This document shows, in pieces, positions 10,570 through 23,640 of a DNA stretch of 64,000 nt. Both the position numbers and the translations under genes were made by a program. Location: the NCBI RefSeq assembly GCF_037042905.1, contig NC_087247.1, positions 30,442,001 to 30,506,000 on the forward strand, given 5' to 3'. Source of the stretch: Lytechinus pictus (taxonomy: Eukaryota). Under the pieces are notes generated by a model. That model had not been told where the DNA came from. It did no database searches and saw only the letters and a list, made by a program, of their open reading frames with translations. Within the stretch, counting starts at the first letter, position 1, and each line of letters opens with the position of its first letter.

Positions 10570-13208
10570 TTATTCAGCAGGTAACTTCTCATTTGGCAAG
10601 GAAATAACTGATACCCCAGCCACATCATCATCTAGAGAAACACCCTTCTGGACTTTCTTATCCGGGTCCCCACCCTCAAGAGGTGTGACACGAGGGTTTT
10701 GCCGACAACAAGATCGCGATAACTGGGCAAACATTCCCTCTGGTCCTATCGTTCGGCAAAGAGATACAAATAGGAATATTCCGTAAATCCAACTGATTGC
10801 CATGACAAGTGTCAGAAAAGTCCCAAGCTGTACGTAGCTAAGAACTGTGGCAGGTAGCATACACGCACCTGCTATGAAGGTACTGAAAGCAGCTAGAGTA
10901 ATGGCAGCACTAAGGGAACGAAGGGCGTACATTGATCGTGACTTCCGGTCAAATGCAGTTGATTGCCGATAGGCAACGCCTAAATGGATTGTAAAATCAA
11001 CCGACAGGCCCACAGCAAGGGACAAAACAATAGATTCAAATATATTTAGTTCCCATCCCATAAGAACAACGGAAGCAATGACTACGAAAACGGCACAAGC
11101 TATAGAGTAAATGGCATATAAAGTTACCAAAATGTTCCTTATGGCTAAGAGAAGAACACAAGCTGCGACTGCCAGAGAGACTCCGACCGAGAGAGGTGCA
11201 CCGGTCGCAAGGCCTCTTTGTAGATCAAAGAAAGACATCTGGTAATCACCGGCACTTATGAACCAACCTCTCTTTACACCTGTTGGAGCTGCAATTATTT
11301 GATCTTCAACCCAGCCGTTGAGATCCTCCCAGAATTGATTCATAGCGGTGAAATCCTGAGATTCTTCAACGTTTGTCTTTAAGTACATAATTAAGGCAAC
11401 AATTTCATTATCTGAATTGAATCTTAAACCAGGGGAACTCGATTCACATCCATAAAGTTCGCATTGTATTTCGGTGAAAGTAATTGAACATTGGCTAAAC
11501 AGATCGCTTGAATATGGAAATGAAGTATGATTGCAGCAAGGATTCAGATCATCGCCAGTTAAAGGATGTATGCAAGTGCCGTCTTCCATAAAGGTTCTAA
11601 AATCATCAATGAAACAAAATTCGTCTCCCGACTCCGCATCGTTGTCATGGAAACTTGAATTATTAAAGTCTATGCAGAAATTATACAACCATTGTTGTGC
11701 TTCTGATGGAGTTGGATCAAACGATTCATCCAACACTGTAAATCCTTCTCCATCAGCGTCCCAATGATTGCCATTGTCAACAGGTTCTACGCCCCAGACA
11801 ATAATTGCCGGCATCAACCTCGCTGAATCACCTTCAAAACTAAACAATCCTTTATAGATTTGATCGTATTGCTCAAAAATGTTACTTGTTCTGAATACTT
11901 GAAACTCCGATTGGGAAGGCAGGCGTAGCCTTAGTGCCACAAAAACAACACAGAAACCTCCGATTCCGAGCGCACTCAAGACGATTATCCAAAGGTAACG
12001 TAATTTAGTTATAAGATCCGGTAAATAATCTTCGAAAACTTTCCTCCCAATATTTGCAATTCGATCATAAAGTCGTCCGACTGCATACCAACAACCGCAA
12101 CATTCACAAGACGAATTTTCGCCCTCTTCCCATATAAAGTATTTCTCGTGTATCATAACTGCTGCTGGGATCCAAGTTAAAGTGAGGGCAAAGTTGACCA
12201 AAATTGCGCTTCCAGCAAAGACTGAGAAGCATCGCAGTGCAGTGATTGTGCTGACGACTCCTGCAAAAAGAGCAGCTGACGTCGTAAGGCTGGTGACGAA
12301 CATGGTTGTGGCGGCGTGCTTCAGAGTATCAAGAAGAATTGGAACAAGTTTTTCTTTCCCTTCACCTATCTTATTTTTGGTGGCCTTCCAGATGTCTACA
12401 TACACGAAACAATCGTCAGCCCCAACACCAATAATGAGAATTACAGTAATGACATTGATAAAGGGAAAGAATGGGATTCTATATATGACATGGTAAAGGA
12501 AAAAAGCTACTACCATCGACAAAATTATGCTGATCATCGTCATAACAGTAACAAATAAAGAACCAACGTAAACCCAGATTATTAATATTACGCAAACACA
12601 ACCGATAGCAATAAAAATTGAGTCCGAGAAGACGAACTTGTCAAATACGTTGAACTTGATACCAGCACCTATTGCTATGATCTCAAGATTGTTACTTTTC
12701 AATGACGATGTCCCCATGTGACTTTCATAGACGTTAAGTGTGTCTTCATGGTACGACCAAAGAGATGAAAGGACAAGCGCCACTTCCAAGTCATAGTTAT
12801 CATTCTCGACATTATCAGCAAACTCACTAGGTGTTAGATAATGAAGTATTTTGTGAATGTTTCCCAGATAAGTGCAATTAGAAGGGACATCCTGGCAGGT
12901 GGCGTCACTTTCAAGACACCCTGAAGTATAATACTGAATGCATTCGTGCAACAGGGTCTTTACTCTTTCCACGTCACTTTGGTTTATATCATCGCAGGAT
13001 TCCTTGCCGGCGATTAGGGCCACCGCGTATCCCAGGGTCCAGGTTGGACAGCAATCCCCTGCTGGGTCGTACAAGCCACATGATTGGTTGAAGATGTCCT
13101 GACTTCGAAAGTTGGTTGTGTCGTGTTGGCACACAGCCTTCATGACGTCAGCGGTGAACATGTCCGAAGAGCCAGACGATCGATACACCATCCGAAGACG
13201 ATACGATA
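10570..13208 (-). CDS. Dispatched-like paralog B, large terminal exon
   Basis: 890-aa ORF whose true start is the tttcag acceptor before 13208; 11 predicted TM segments and two Cys-rich loops. Confidence 0.95.
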
Positions 13209-15746
13209 CTGAAACGAATAAACGTTTGAAAGCAATTGTCATTTCATTAGCTCATTGTTTCACTTGCATCTAAAAGTTTACGAATGGGATATACCCACAA
13301 AAGACATTTATTATTTTTGTCATAATGAGTTATCAATCAGTTTTATCCATCAGTTTAAAGATCGTTACGATTTTCAATAATTTCCAATGATAGGCTATGT
13401 AGGCTCTGTTACAATGGTGATATGCCTTGACCCTTTCATGGTGGTAATTTATCCCCAATCCAGTGTTCATACCTGTTCTTTGGTGTTGAAGAAAACTGTT
13501 CATGAAACAAATAACTTGACATTTAAAAGCAATTTAGAATCCAAAATGGTGTTTCATAAAGCTGTTCGTAAGTTATGAATGACGTTACGCTTAAACTGGT
13601 GACTGTTCTTTTGTTAAATTATATATCACAATGTAGCTGACTTAGCACCTAAGAACATGTTCCAGTCGTGTGTAAAGTAGTGACTACTTTATGAAAAATT
13701 TTGCGAAAACCCTAACTGAAAATATGATTATGCTTATGGAAAATACTAACAATGTATAGTTGATGAGAATGTTTTGTACATACAGCCCTTGTCTAAGTAT
13801 GCCTAAGCTCAGACAGATATGTGAATATCTTTCGTATTTATCCAACTTTCCGTATTTAAGAACAGTCGGTCTTAACGTTCTTAAGTCACCAGCTTTGAGA
13901 ATATACAATACCCCTACTTATGCTAGGTATTAAGCAATTTCATATGGCGGTTGCTTCGTGTGAAAATAAAACCTGATTAAACCAATTAATCATTGTAACC
14001 TTGTTTATGATAATGTGATAATCTCCTACTCACGATAAGCACTGCATGTTTCAACGTAAAGGGTTGTATCATTGCCGGCATCCCTTTCGTCTCTGCGTCT
14101 CGGGATTTCTGGAATACTTCGGCGACTGACATTCGAACTCATTTCTGATGGATTAGGAAAGAATAACTGTGTTTCCGCTGTCATTCGCTCATAGGCTTTC
14201 AGCCGTCCGCTAATAACAGTTCCTCGTGCTTGAAACCCCTGTTTAAAATAAATTAAAAAAATAATGTTCACTTGTTCAGTAGAAAATTTTATATTTATTT
14301 TATTTTATTTTATTAAAACATCTTTCAACAGGATAAAACATTAATCAGCTCGCAAGTTTCTACTTTAATGACAAGATTAAGAAATTGCTAGAGAGTAATT
14401 CCTTATCCACAACCGTGACAAAGAAAATTAGTATTGGACTGTTGAACTACTAAAGGAAGTCCAAAATAAATGAAACATAAACAAAACAAGTTTAACAAGT
14501 GTCAAATTACTGATATTAGAATTTTATAGGCTCATTATAATAAATAATATATATGTGCTATTAAATACGCTCTTAAATTCATTTTATATACCTGATGAAG
14601 GTCTATCACCGAAAATTTGTACATCTTTTTTTTTACTACGAAATTAACCTTCGATGAATATTCATGAGTAGCCTATTCATAAATAAATGATTCTCAAATC
14701 ATATATCTTCCATGTCGTCAAATTACATTAATCACTTATAAAGCACTTATTAAAAGAAGTTTTATAATGATCATCAATAATGCTGGAAAATTTGTTATTT
14801 TTATCGGAATTATAGGGAATTAAAAAGCACGCACTATCTAAGGGCGATAGTCATAGTAGTGTTTTATTTCCGTAGGTATATGATTTAGTGCATCAGTAAT
14901 ACAATTGAAACCATTGAAATATTGAAAATAAAGCTACCTCTGTAGGATCGGAAAATGACGGTATTGGGCTGAAGAACACCGCCATAACTCCTGTAGCAAC
15001 GACGAATAACAAAACGAGTAGGAGAACGATGGAAGGAAATCTCACAAGGAAGCAAGCATATCTGCATAGGATGGAATAAAAAAAGAGTCATCAAGTGATT
15101 TTGATAAAATAGTTCCATTTACCATGTTTACTATCGTTAATAGCCGATTATGGCGATATACATGACAATATAGGAAGGCGTCAGATAAATGTCATTTTCT
15201 GTATTCTGTTTTGTTATTATTTTAAGGTATAATTATCATCTATATCATCTATGTTGAATGAATATCTTTATACAGAGACACAAGTGACTGCTTGGGTTTC
15301 CTTAATACATTTCATTCTTTTCATTACCAAAATTCTCTTACATATATATCACCCTAATTGGTACACTAATTCTTAAATTGATCTAACCTTAAGAATATTT
15401 CATGAGCCCGAGATACGCTACCCGTTATTTATCATCCTATGTATTTTTTATGAGATTTTTTGAGATTGTATAAAATGAAAAACTAATATAAGGTCGTTTA
15501 CTAATGTATATACTTATTTTAGATTATTTTAGAATATACTTTCTGATAGTAACACCATAGTTGTAAAGACCCATGCGATTCGTTCGTTTACCGATGCCAT
15601 AATCCAGTTGTTGTCTTCTGTGTTTCTTGTTCTCCTTTCTCTTTCTCCCAAAGGTTGTTTCTCGAAGCATTTTGGTTTTCGTCACCATCTGCATTGGTGT
15701 CCACTTTGGAGTCATCATCTGCACTGGTGTCCACTTTTGACTCCAT
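10570..15746 (-). CDS. DISP1: Dispatched-like RND/SSD protein, paralog B (~1040 aa, 4 coding exons)
   Basis: Exons 15746-15592, 15061-14938, 14238-14034, 13208-10570 total 3123 nt in frame. Motifs SFSDPTE/GFQARGT, TM4 GVGADD and TM10 LAVGLSVDF match the Dispatched family. Confidence 0.95.
14034..14238 (-). CDS. Dispatched-like paralog B, ECD1 start exon
   Basis: GFQARGTVISGRLKAY...PRRRDERDAG...CSAY; 205 nt, cag acceptor and gtgagt donor. Confidence 0.9.
14938..15061 (-). CDS. Dispatched-like paralog B, TM1 exon
   Basis: YACFLVRFPSIVLLLVLLFVVATGVMAVFFSPIPSFSDPTE; 124 nt. Confidence 0.9.
15592..15746 (-). CDS. Dispatched-like paralog B, first coding exon
   Basis: atcATGg start; MESKVDTSADDDSKVDTNADGD...GLWHR; phase-2 gtaaac donor; ends WH(R), like WH(S) in paralog A. 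Confidence 0.75.
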
Positions 15747-15812
15747 GATGATTAAGAAGCCCAAGACGGCGGCCTTGCTAGGTTTGTAAGAATGAATGGA
15801 AACAATTTACCT

Positions 15813-16143
15813 GGGTCCCGTAACACAAAGGTCAACAATTGATCGCTAATTTGAAAGAATAATTCAGATTGGTTCCTAGTCAGTCTACTGAGCAAAATGC
15901 GCATGCAACGATGATCTTGATAGGCCATTCCATTTAGCGATTAATTGCTAACCTTTGTGTTACTGCGCCCTGGTGGGTGTTTCATAACAGCCACTTTAAG
16001 GACGACTGGTGAACCTTTCTTACGTGCTAAATAATCATCAATGAAAATTTAATGGTGAATATCATTTACCACAACAAATTAAAGGATCTCCAGTCGTTCT
16101 TAAAGTCACTCTTAACTTACGAACATCTTTATAAAACGGCCCC
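15813..16143. mobile_element. Two adjacent short MITEs (PIF/Harbinger-like termini)
   Basis: gggtcccgtaacacaaagg...cctttgtgttactgcgccc, followed by gggtgtttcataa...ttataaaacggccc; a relative of the second lies at about 13548-13697. Confidence 0.55.
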
Positions 16144-17654
16144 AAGTTTTAGGCAGGTTACTGAAAAAGCAATAGAATTTAACCACCACCTGCCTTATTG
16201 TCCCATTCACACGAATCACTGTTTTTGGGGCAGATGAACTTTCTTTATTGTTGCGGTGTTTTGTTCTGAATCATTCAAATGTGGCCATAATCGTGGTAAT
16301 TTCCGTATATAAGGTAAAAACTCCCACTTTCTAAAAACATGTGCCATAAAGTCAACGAAAACCCACTTCTTATACATTTCAGGAATTCCGTACATGGAAA
16401 AATATTTATGGCAAGTGGGGGTAAGTTTGTCCTCCTTAACCAGAGTTGGGGTCTCGTCCGAACATTATCACATTCTCTCACACACACACCCTCGCACACC
16501 GTACATCTACCTACACCAATCAGGGAATATCATATCCCTTTAATATTCATAATTCATATGTCTTCATTTCCAACAAAAAAATAATACAAATTCATTATAT
16601 AATTCACATGCAATAGCATAATTGAAAATTAACAGATTATTGATTATTAATAGATAAACAAAATTATCAATATACAAAATTATCGATTTACAAAGTGCCT
16701 ATTTGATATGAAATGTTATTGTGGGGAAATTTTAAATCAATCGATATCTGTAGTGGCGCACACATTTTTCACTCATTCATGTATGTCTTAGACAAATAAA
16801 TCTTTAAATAACTATATATAGACCTATCATCACGGCTAGCTACATGATTCAGCTAAGTCGTTAAGATACATGATCATGAAGATGGAATCCCATACTCGGC
16901 ATTTCCCAATCGAATAAAGGCATTCAAAAACGTCATTATTATAATATGAATGCAACTAACCTTTTGAGAAACAAGAATTTAATTTTGTTGCATCTTGGAG
17001 ATGAAATTTATCAGCAACACGCCATGTTTTTTTCAGTCTGTCTTCACCAGGAAAGCGTCGGACATAAATGCAAGCCTATTTCCGCTTGTACAGGTTTGAG
17101 AAGATACGTGAAAGTCGTGTTGGCCGGAGACCGGTACGTGGTTGTGTAACTGTTTGTCTTTTCTTGATGAAAAGGCTTATATATCGATCGATGTACTGTT
17201 TACGTCACCGCTACGAACATACACGCGGACAAACACTCGTTGTCTGCTCCCCAAATGTCATGCCAAATCAAGAGTGAAAGTGATGGCAATATCGATGTAT
17301 GTGAATTTTAAAACTTGGTGAAACCGAACCCCGGTGGCGTCACTGCTTTCAGGGTTGTATCTAGTTATGCGGAAAGCGCCGTTTACGGGGCAATTAAACG
17401 TTTATTATAGGAAATATGAAATAATTATCAAGTGCTTATTTTCAGCCTGCTTTTGTTGTGTAAATAGGCCTATAAACACAGGAGAGCCGGTGAGTTCCCC
17501 TTTTTAAAATTTGGGGTAATCTTTTACAAAACCTTCATTACTTGTATGAGACATTCTCCTAATTTGAAGCTTATGCTATTCAGCTATTTCTCTTTAACAT
17601 GTTCACGACAAAGGCTGCCTTCTAACATCACTATCCAAAAGATGATAAATGCAA

Positions 17655-17740
17655 ATGAAATGCCTTTTTTCACTCAGATACTAGGGGCATAAATTGCTGC
17701 CTGGATTCGAACCCCGGACTTTCAAGTGTGTAGTCGCACA
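17655..17740 (-). mobile_element. Degenerate tRNA-derived SINE head
   Basis: Box B GGTTCGAATCC on the minus strand followed by tatgcccct...aaggcattt. Confidence 0.5.
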
Positions 17741-17770
17741 GGATTTATCGTAAATATTCCCACCATCAGG

Positions 17771-17780
17771 CACACACACC

Positions 17781-17851
<71 letters not shown>
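17771..17851. repeat. (CA)n microsatellite
   Basis: Directly visible. Confidence 0.95.
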
Positions 17852-17852
<1 letters not shown>

Positions 17853-18140
17853 GAACATTACAAACGTATGTTATCACCAAAATGCATGTTCAAACTATAA
17901 TTTAATGAAATAGAAAAAGTGATAAAAAAATAACAGCATAGCACTCATTTTGTGCAAAAATAGCAACATTAAGTACATGTAGTGAAGTGCATGAACATTT
18001 TGTGGAGTGCATTAAAGAGTGAATAAGAATAAACGATTCTTTTTTAATACATCATGTCATTTTTTCATTCAAATCGAAAATATATTCTTATAGTTTATGA
18101 AGAAATGTAAGTAGTAAAGAACATAAAATACAAATAATCA

Positions 18141-18349
18141 TCATCCGTGAAAGTACAGTCCACCAGGTTGGTGTATTATCGTACTTGTAGAATTCTGCGG
18201 GAGTATGTACAGTGCTGTGGAAGATAATATTCTACGTGCGGTTAAAGAATCAGCACAGTCTTTGCGCAGTTGGAATTTCTGCACCTCAGCCTTGAAGCTG
18301 GCTACTGAAGTGCAATTAACTGCAGTGGCAGGGAGAATATTCCACAGTA
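18141..18349 (-). mobile_element. 3' fragment of a CR1/L2-clade LINE
   Basis: LWNILPATAVNCTSVASFKAEV matches the WNxLP...FK C-terminal motif of CR1/L2 ORF2. Confidence 0.65.
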
Positions 18350-20112
18350 TTGCACATAAATATACATATTGCACATAAATATACAACCTGCGTAAGGCTT
18401 TTATTCAAAACAATATTTTGTTTAGTTTTTACCACGGTCAAAGATAATATGATATCAAAATATCTATTGACTGATATTAAACAGCAATTACGATCACGCA
18501 ATATAAAAAACCTTTTTTTCACATATATAACAAATGAAATATTGTTCATATACTTCATAAAACAAATAACTTATATATTAGATATATTGCACATTCTAAA
18601 ATTCTTGCTGGACAAATGGTCAAAAATTGATCATATGATAAAACCGTTTCAGCCATCAGTCACCAGAGGAAAAAAAATCCATATACTCTGCACTATCTTT
18701 GGTTAAAGTTTATTGCACTGTGTACTATCAGATAAAAGTAGCTTAACTATGTACTATTCAGAGTGTAACAACTCTGTCCAAAACATACGTGTAGCTTACG
18801 TCATAATTATTAACATACATTCAGTTTACTATTTTTAAGAAAGTGTACTTCAAGATTGAGAGTTGTATACATTTTAAAATCATTTGGATTTTAAAGGAAC
18901 ATAATTAGCAAAGCCTATCATGAATGAACTCGTTTAAGTTCTGCAGTGCTGTACATTAAGTCGAGTATGCGATATGTTTTTATTTTCTGTTTTATGAATA
19001 CAGCGCTGTATCAGAGATGTGTAAATTCAGCCGCGATCTATTAATACATGAAAAACATATTGATCATAAAGCCTACAAATAATCCGTATCTACAATTAAG
19101 GGTATTATTGATAGTCATCTACCAAACGATAGCTTTTGACATGTTGAAAGAGTCTGCAGCATCGGAGGCAATGCCAACACGCCAAGTATATATTGGACTG
19201 TTTCAAGATTTAAGAGGAAAGATAGTTTACCCATTCTTGACTGAGCATGAGGAGTAATTAGCATTATTAGCATTTTATAACCATTTCATTCAAAATATAG
19301 ATAAAAGAAATAAATAAGAAAAAGATAATGCGTCGAGAGGCAAACGCCTTTAACCCCCTCCCGTATATTATGCATCCGTAATTGCTTTAGGCATTTAGAA
19401 CTCTGAATATATACACAGATTTCACCCAAAACTGAGTCATGATAACTCTAAATGAGATAAAAGTGTATCTAGAATGATGCATCATCCAGATATGAAAAGT
19501 GTGTCATTTGTTTTTCGTTGTTTGTTGTTGTTGCTGTTTATATCCCGAAACGTTAACATTTTCATTAGTTGTTGTTGTACAACCGAAATATGCCTTCGAT
19601 AGTAATAAGCGGCTGATCAACTGAATGACGAATATTGTGTGTTGTCTGACTCCGTGAGTGGCGGTGCTTCACGGGCCAGGGAGACCGCCCTCTGTGTTTT
19701 TTAAGAGGTGTAAGGGGGGGGGGGAGAAAAAGAGGTAGAATAAGAAAGAGAGAGAGAGAGAGAAAAGGAAGATAACAAAAACTAAGGTTCTGTCGTGGTA
19801 AACTTGGCCCTACTCACTGATCTGAATAGTGGCCCTACTTGATCAAAATACCGTGGTGACGCATCCTGCAAAGAGGGCCGGCGCTCATGGCGCTTGTCGT
19901 TGCGAGAGAGGAAATAAAGATCATAAAAAACTAGGGTATTGTCATGGTAATCTTACCCCTGTCGAAATACTTCGGTGCAACCCCTGGACTCAGTATCAAG
20001 GTTTAAAATCTGCGTATCATAATCCGCGCACCCCCTCCCATGGAATGTATATATTTGAATCAAGAAAATACTCTTCTTTACTACGCCTTTTTTTTTTTGG
20101 GGGGGGGGGGGG

Positions 20113-22715
20113 TCAACGTTGTATCCTCTCATCACTCGTGTCAACGTGCTGTTCATGTACATATTCTCCTGGTTTCATTTCTTGAATATTCCCGCCCAAG
20201 TTAGATTGGCGCTTAAAACATGCTTTGGAGATCTGTGCAAAGGCTCCTTGTGGTCCGATGGTTCGGCAGAGGGACATGAAGAGGAAGAGTGCATACACCC
20301 AACTAACTCCCATGACGATCATGAGAAAGGTCCCCAGTTGGACATAAGATAGTACCGTCGCAGGCAACATGCATCCTCCTGCGCTAAAGGTGGTCAGTGC
20401 TGCGAGTGTGACAGCCGATCCAAGGGTTTTGAGGGCATGCATCGACCGAGCTTCTCTGTCTGGTTCCGTTGCTTGACGGTAAGCAACACCAAGGTGAACT
20501 GTGAAATCCACAGACAAACCGACAGCCAAGGAGAGAACCGTTGATTCAAATATGTTCAGTTCCCATCCCAACAGAACCACAGAGGCAATTACGACAAATA
20601 CTGCACATGCAATGGAATACACCGCGTAGATAGTCACTAAAACATTCCTGACGGTCAGCAACAGGACACAAGCTGAGAAGATCAGTGACATCCCTACGGA
20701 AAGAGGGGTTCCTGTAGCTAAACCTTGTTGGAGATCAAAGAACGCAAGTTGTAAGACAACATCACTTATGAACCATCCTCCGCGCAATCCAGAAGGAGCG
20801 TCAGCCATTTCATCATCTAGGAAGCGATTGACGTCATCCCAAAAGTCACCCATGGTATTATAGCTCAGTGAATACTTAACATTTGTTTTTATTAAAAGAG
20901 CCATTCCAACTATATCATCATCTGAATTAAACCATAACCCAGGTATGTAGCGTTCACAGCCACCCACAGACTGACACAGAACAAGGTAAAATATTGGCAC
21001 GCATTGACTGAAAAGAGAGGGTGAATATGGAAATGTTGTTTGATTACAACAAGGAGAAACGCCACCCGTGCAATCATTCTCCATGAAATCTTTGAATAGG
21101 TCAATGAAACAGAATTCGTCATACGCATTCGCCGTATTGTCATAAAAGCTTGAATTTCTGAGATCTTTACAGAAACTATAAAGCCACATTTGAGCTTCGG
21201 TGGATTTGACCTCAAAGTTCTTGTCAAGGACTGTGGATCCAAAAGAATCTGGATCCCAGTGATCCCCATTGTCTGCAGGTTCGACCCCCCAAACAAATAA
21301 TGCTCTCATTGTTTCTGAATTACTCTCAAAGCTGAAAATACCCTTGTAGACCTGATCATATTGTTCTAAAATATGACTTTTCCTAAACACTTGAAATTCA
21401 GATTGGGACGGGAGAGAGAGTTTTGGTGCGACAAACACCACGCAGAACCCACCAATTCCAAGACCACTCAAAAGAATAATCCACAGGATACGTAACTTAA
21501 CGATGACAATGGGCAAGTATTCCTCGAAAATCTTATTGCCAACTCTGCTGACACTGTCGTATATTCCCACCATGATGAACCACAAACGACAGCATCTGCA
21601 GGAAGACCCACCATGGACTTCTTCATCACAAGTGAAATATTTTTCATGAATCATGACAGTTGCCGGAATCCAGGTCACAGTGAAGACGAAATTAACCAGA
21701 ATGGAACAACCGGCAAAAACGGAAAAGCATCTGACTGCTGTGATGCTGCTGATGCAACCTGCAAAGAGGGCACTTGACGTTGTGAAACTTGTAACGAACA
21801 TGGTGGCGGCAGCGTGTTTCAGTGTCTTACGAACCACCAACACACGGTTGTTGCGATCCCCACCAAATTCCTTCTTAGTCAATTTCCAGATGTCGACATA
21901 CACGAAACAATCGTCGGCTCCTACACCGATCATCAGGACTGCTGTTACGACGTTTATAAAGGGAAAGAACACCAATCGAAAGACAGTATGATAGAAAAAA
22001 TATGCTACAACCATCGACATTATTATACTAATGAAGGTCATGATTGCAACAAAAAGCGAACCCACATACATCCAAATGATGACGAACACAACTAAGCACC
22101 CGATAGCAATATAAATCGTGTCTGAAAACAAGAAACCTGCAAATAAGCTTAATTTAAATCTTCCACCAATAGCGACGACCTGGACGGCATCATTGTTAAG
22201 TCGAGGTTCCTTGATATACCTCTCATACAAAGTCTCTGCATCGTATCCCTTTGTCAAAGGTTGAAGCACCACGACAGTTTGTAGATCAAAAACAACATTT
22301 TCTTCTAGTTGCAGGGCAAAGTTCTTGGGCGTGAGATAGTAGAATATGGTATGCACCCCAGAGTAAGATGTACAGTTTATAGGCACATCGTCGCAGCTCA
22401 TGCTGCTGCTGTCATCCACCAAACATCCTCTGGAGTAGTACCCCACGCATTCCTCCAGCAGCTTCTTCGTTCTGAGTACATCGTTCTCATCGATGTCTTG
22501 GCACGATTCTTTACCAACCATCAATGCCGTCACATGACCCAGTGACATCGAAGGGCAACAACTTCCGTTGTAGGTACGATAGGAGCAGGTCTCATTAAAG
22601 ACTGGGAGTCTGCGAAAGTTCTCTTCGTCACGTTGACACACCATCTTCATTCCTGAGGCGGTGAACATCTCCGTGGAGTCAGTAGATTGGTAAACAATCG
22701 GAAACCTAGATGAAA
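20113..22715 (-). CDS. Dispatched-like paralog C, large terminal exon
   Basis: 916-aa ORF whose true start is the catag acceptor before 22715; colinear with paralog B. Confidence 0.95.
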
Positions 22716-23609
22716 CTATGGAAGAGACAAAAAGAAAAGCAGCAGTTATAATATTGGCACCGGAACTTCCTAGCGGAACAAGATATTTTGGAGGCCTATG
22801 TTTTGTGATATATAACAATGGTTCACCCCCAAACTTCGTCTCCTCAGAGCGTTCAGGTGCCAATGTCGAGAAAGAGGTTATGCATCGATGTGGTTATGAT
22901 GGGAAGTAACAAATCCAGCTCCCAGTATAAATTCTACATAATATTTACTCTGTACTGCATTTATTATAAATTCTAGATCTATTTTATCCCTTTTAAGCCT
23001 AAGCACTTCAATATCTAGACAATATAGTTTTGATGATGCCGTCCATAATGTTATTAAAAAGATTAACTTTAAATAATTTATAAAGAAATCAGTCATTTTC
23101 TCTCTCTCTATACAGTGCGTATCAAAAAAAAGTTTACACTTTGAAAAAGCCCTGGAAATTAAAAAATGTTCAACATGTGGGTATTTTTTTCACATATAAT
23201 CTTGGGTTTGGGTCTCATCTATCCAATGAAAGTAAAAGTTTTGACAGAATGTTACACTTGAGTGAGCACTGTCCATTTTTCTAAAGCTCGCAAAAATCTG
23301 CGCAGAAATGCTCGTTTTCACGCTGTGTCAAGGGGTAAGGGCGAAATCAAACTTACCCTGCGAAAAATTTCCCTTGCACTTTTAGTCAATTGAAATAAAA
23401 CGGATACATTCAAGCATTTTGTAACAATTTTGCCACCCAAACTGAAATTTCAACACTTAGTAAGCACAACATTTACCCTTTTTGTGCCAGCTGGATCTGA
23501 GGACATAACTGAATCTGAACAAAAGTTTATATCAGACATCTCCAGCATTTTTTTACTAAGTTTTTGTCTCACCTGCATAGCAGAGTGAGACTATAGGCGC
23601 CGCTTTTCC

Positions 23610-23640
<31 letters not shown>

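Noticed and set aside
337-21991. Mutually similar plus-strand ORFs at 337, 12182 and 21653 (AKTEKH...VVRLVTNMVV)
   Set aside because: Antisense shadows of the conserved SSD codons of the three Dispatched genes.
13209-22863. ORF-track N-termini of the 890-aa and 916-aa ORFs (13209-13242 and 22716-22863)
   Set aside because: Intronic read-through upstream of the splice acceptors; the true N-termini come from three upstream exons.
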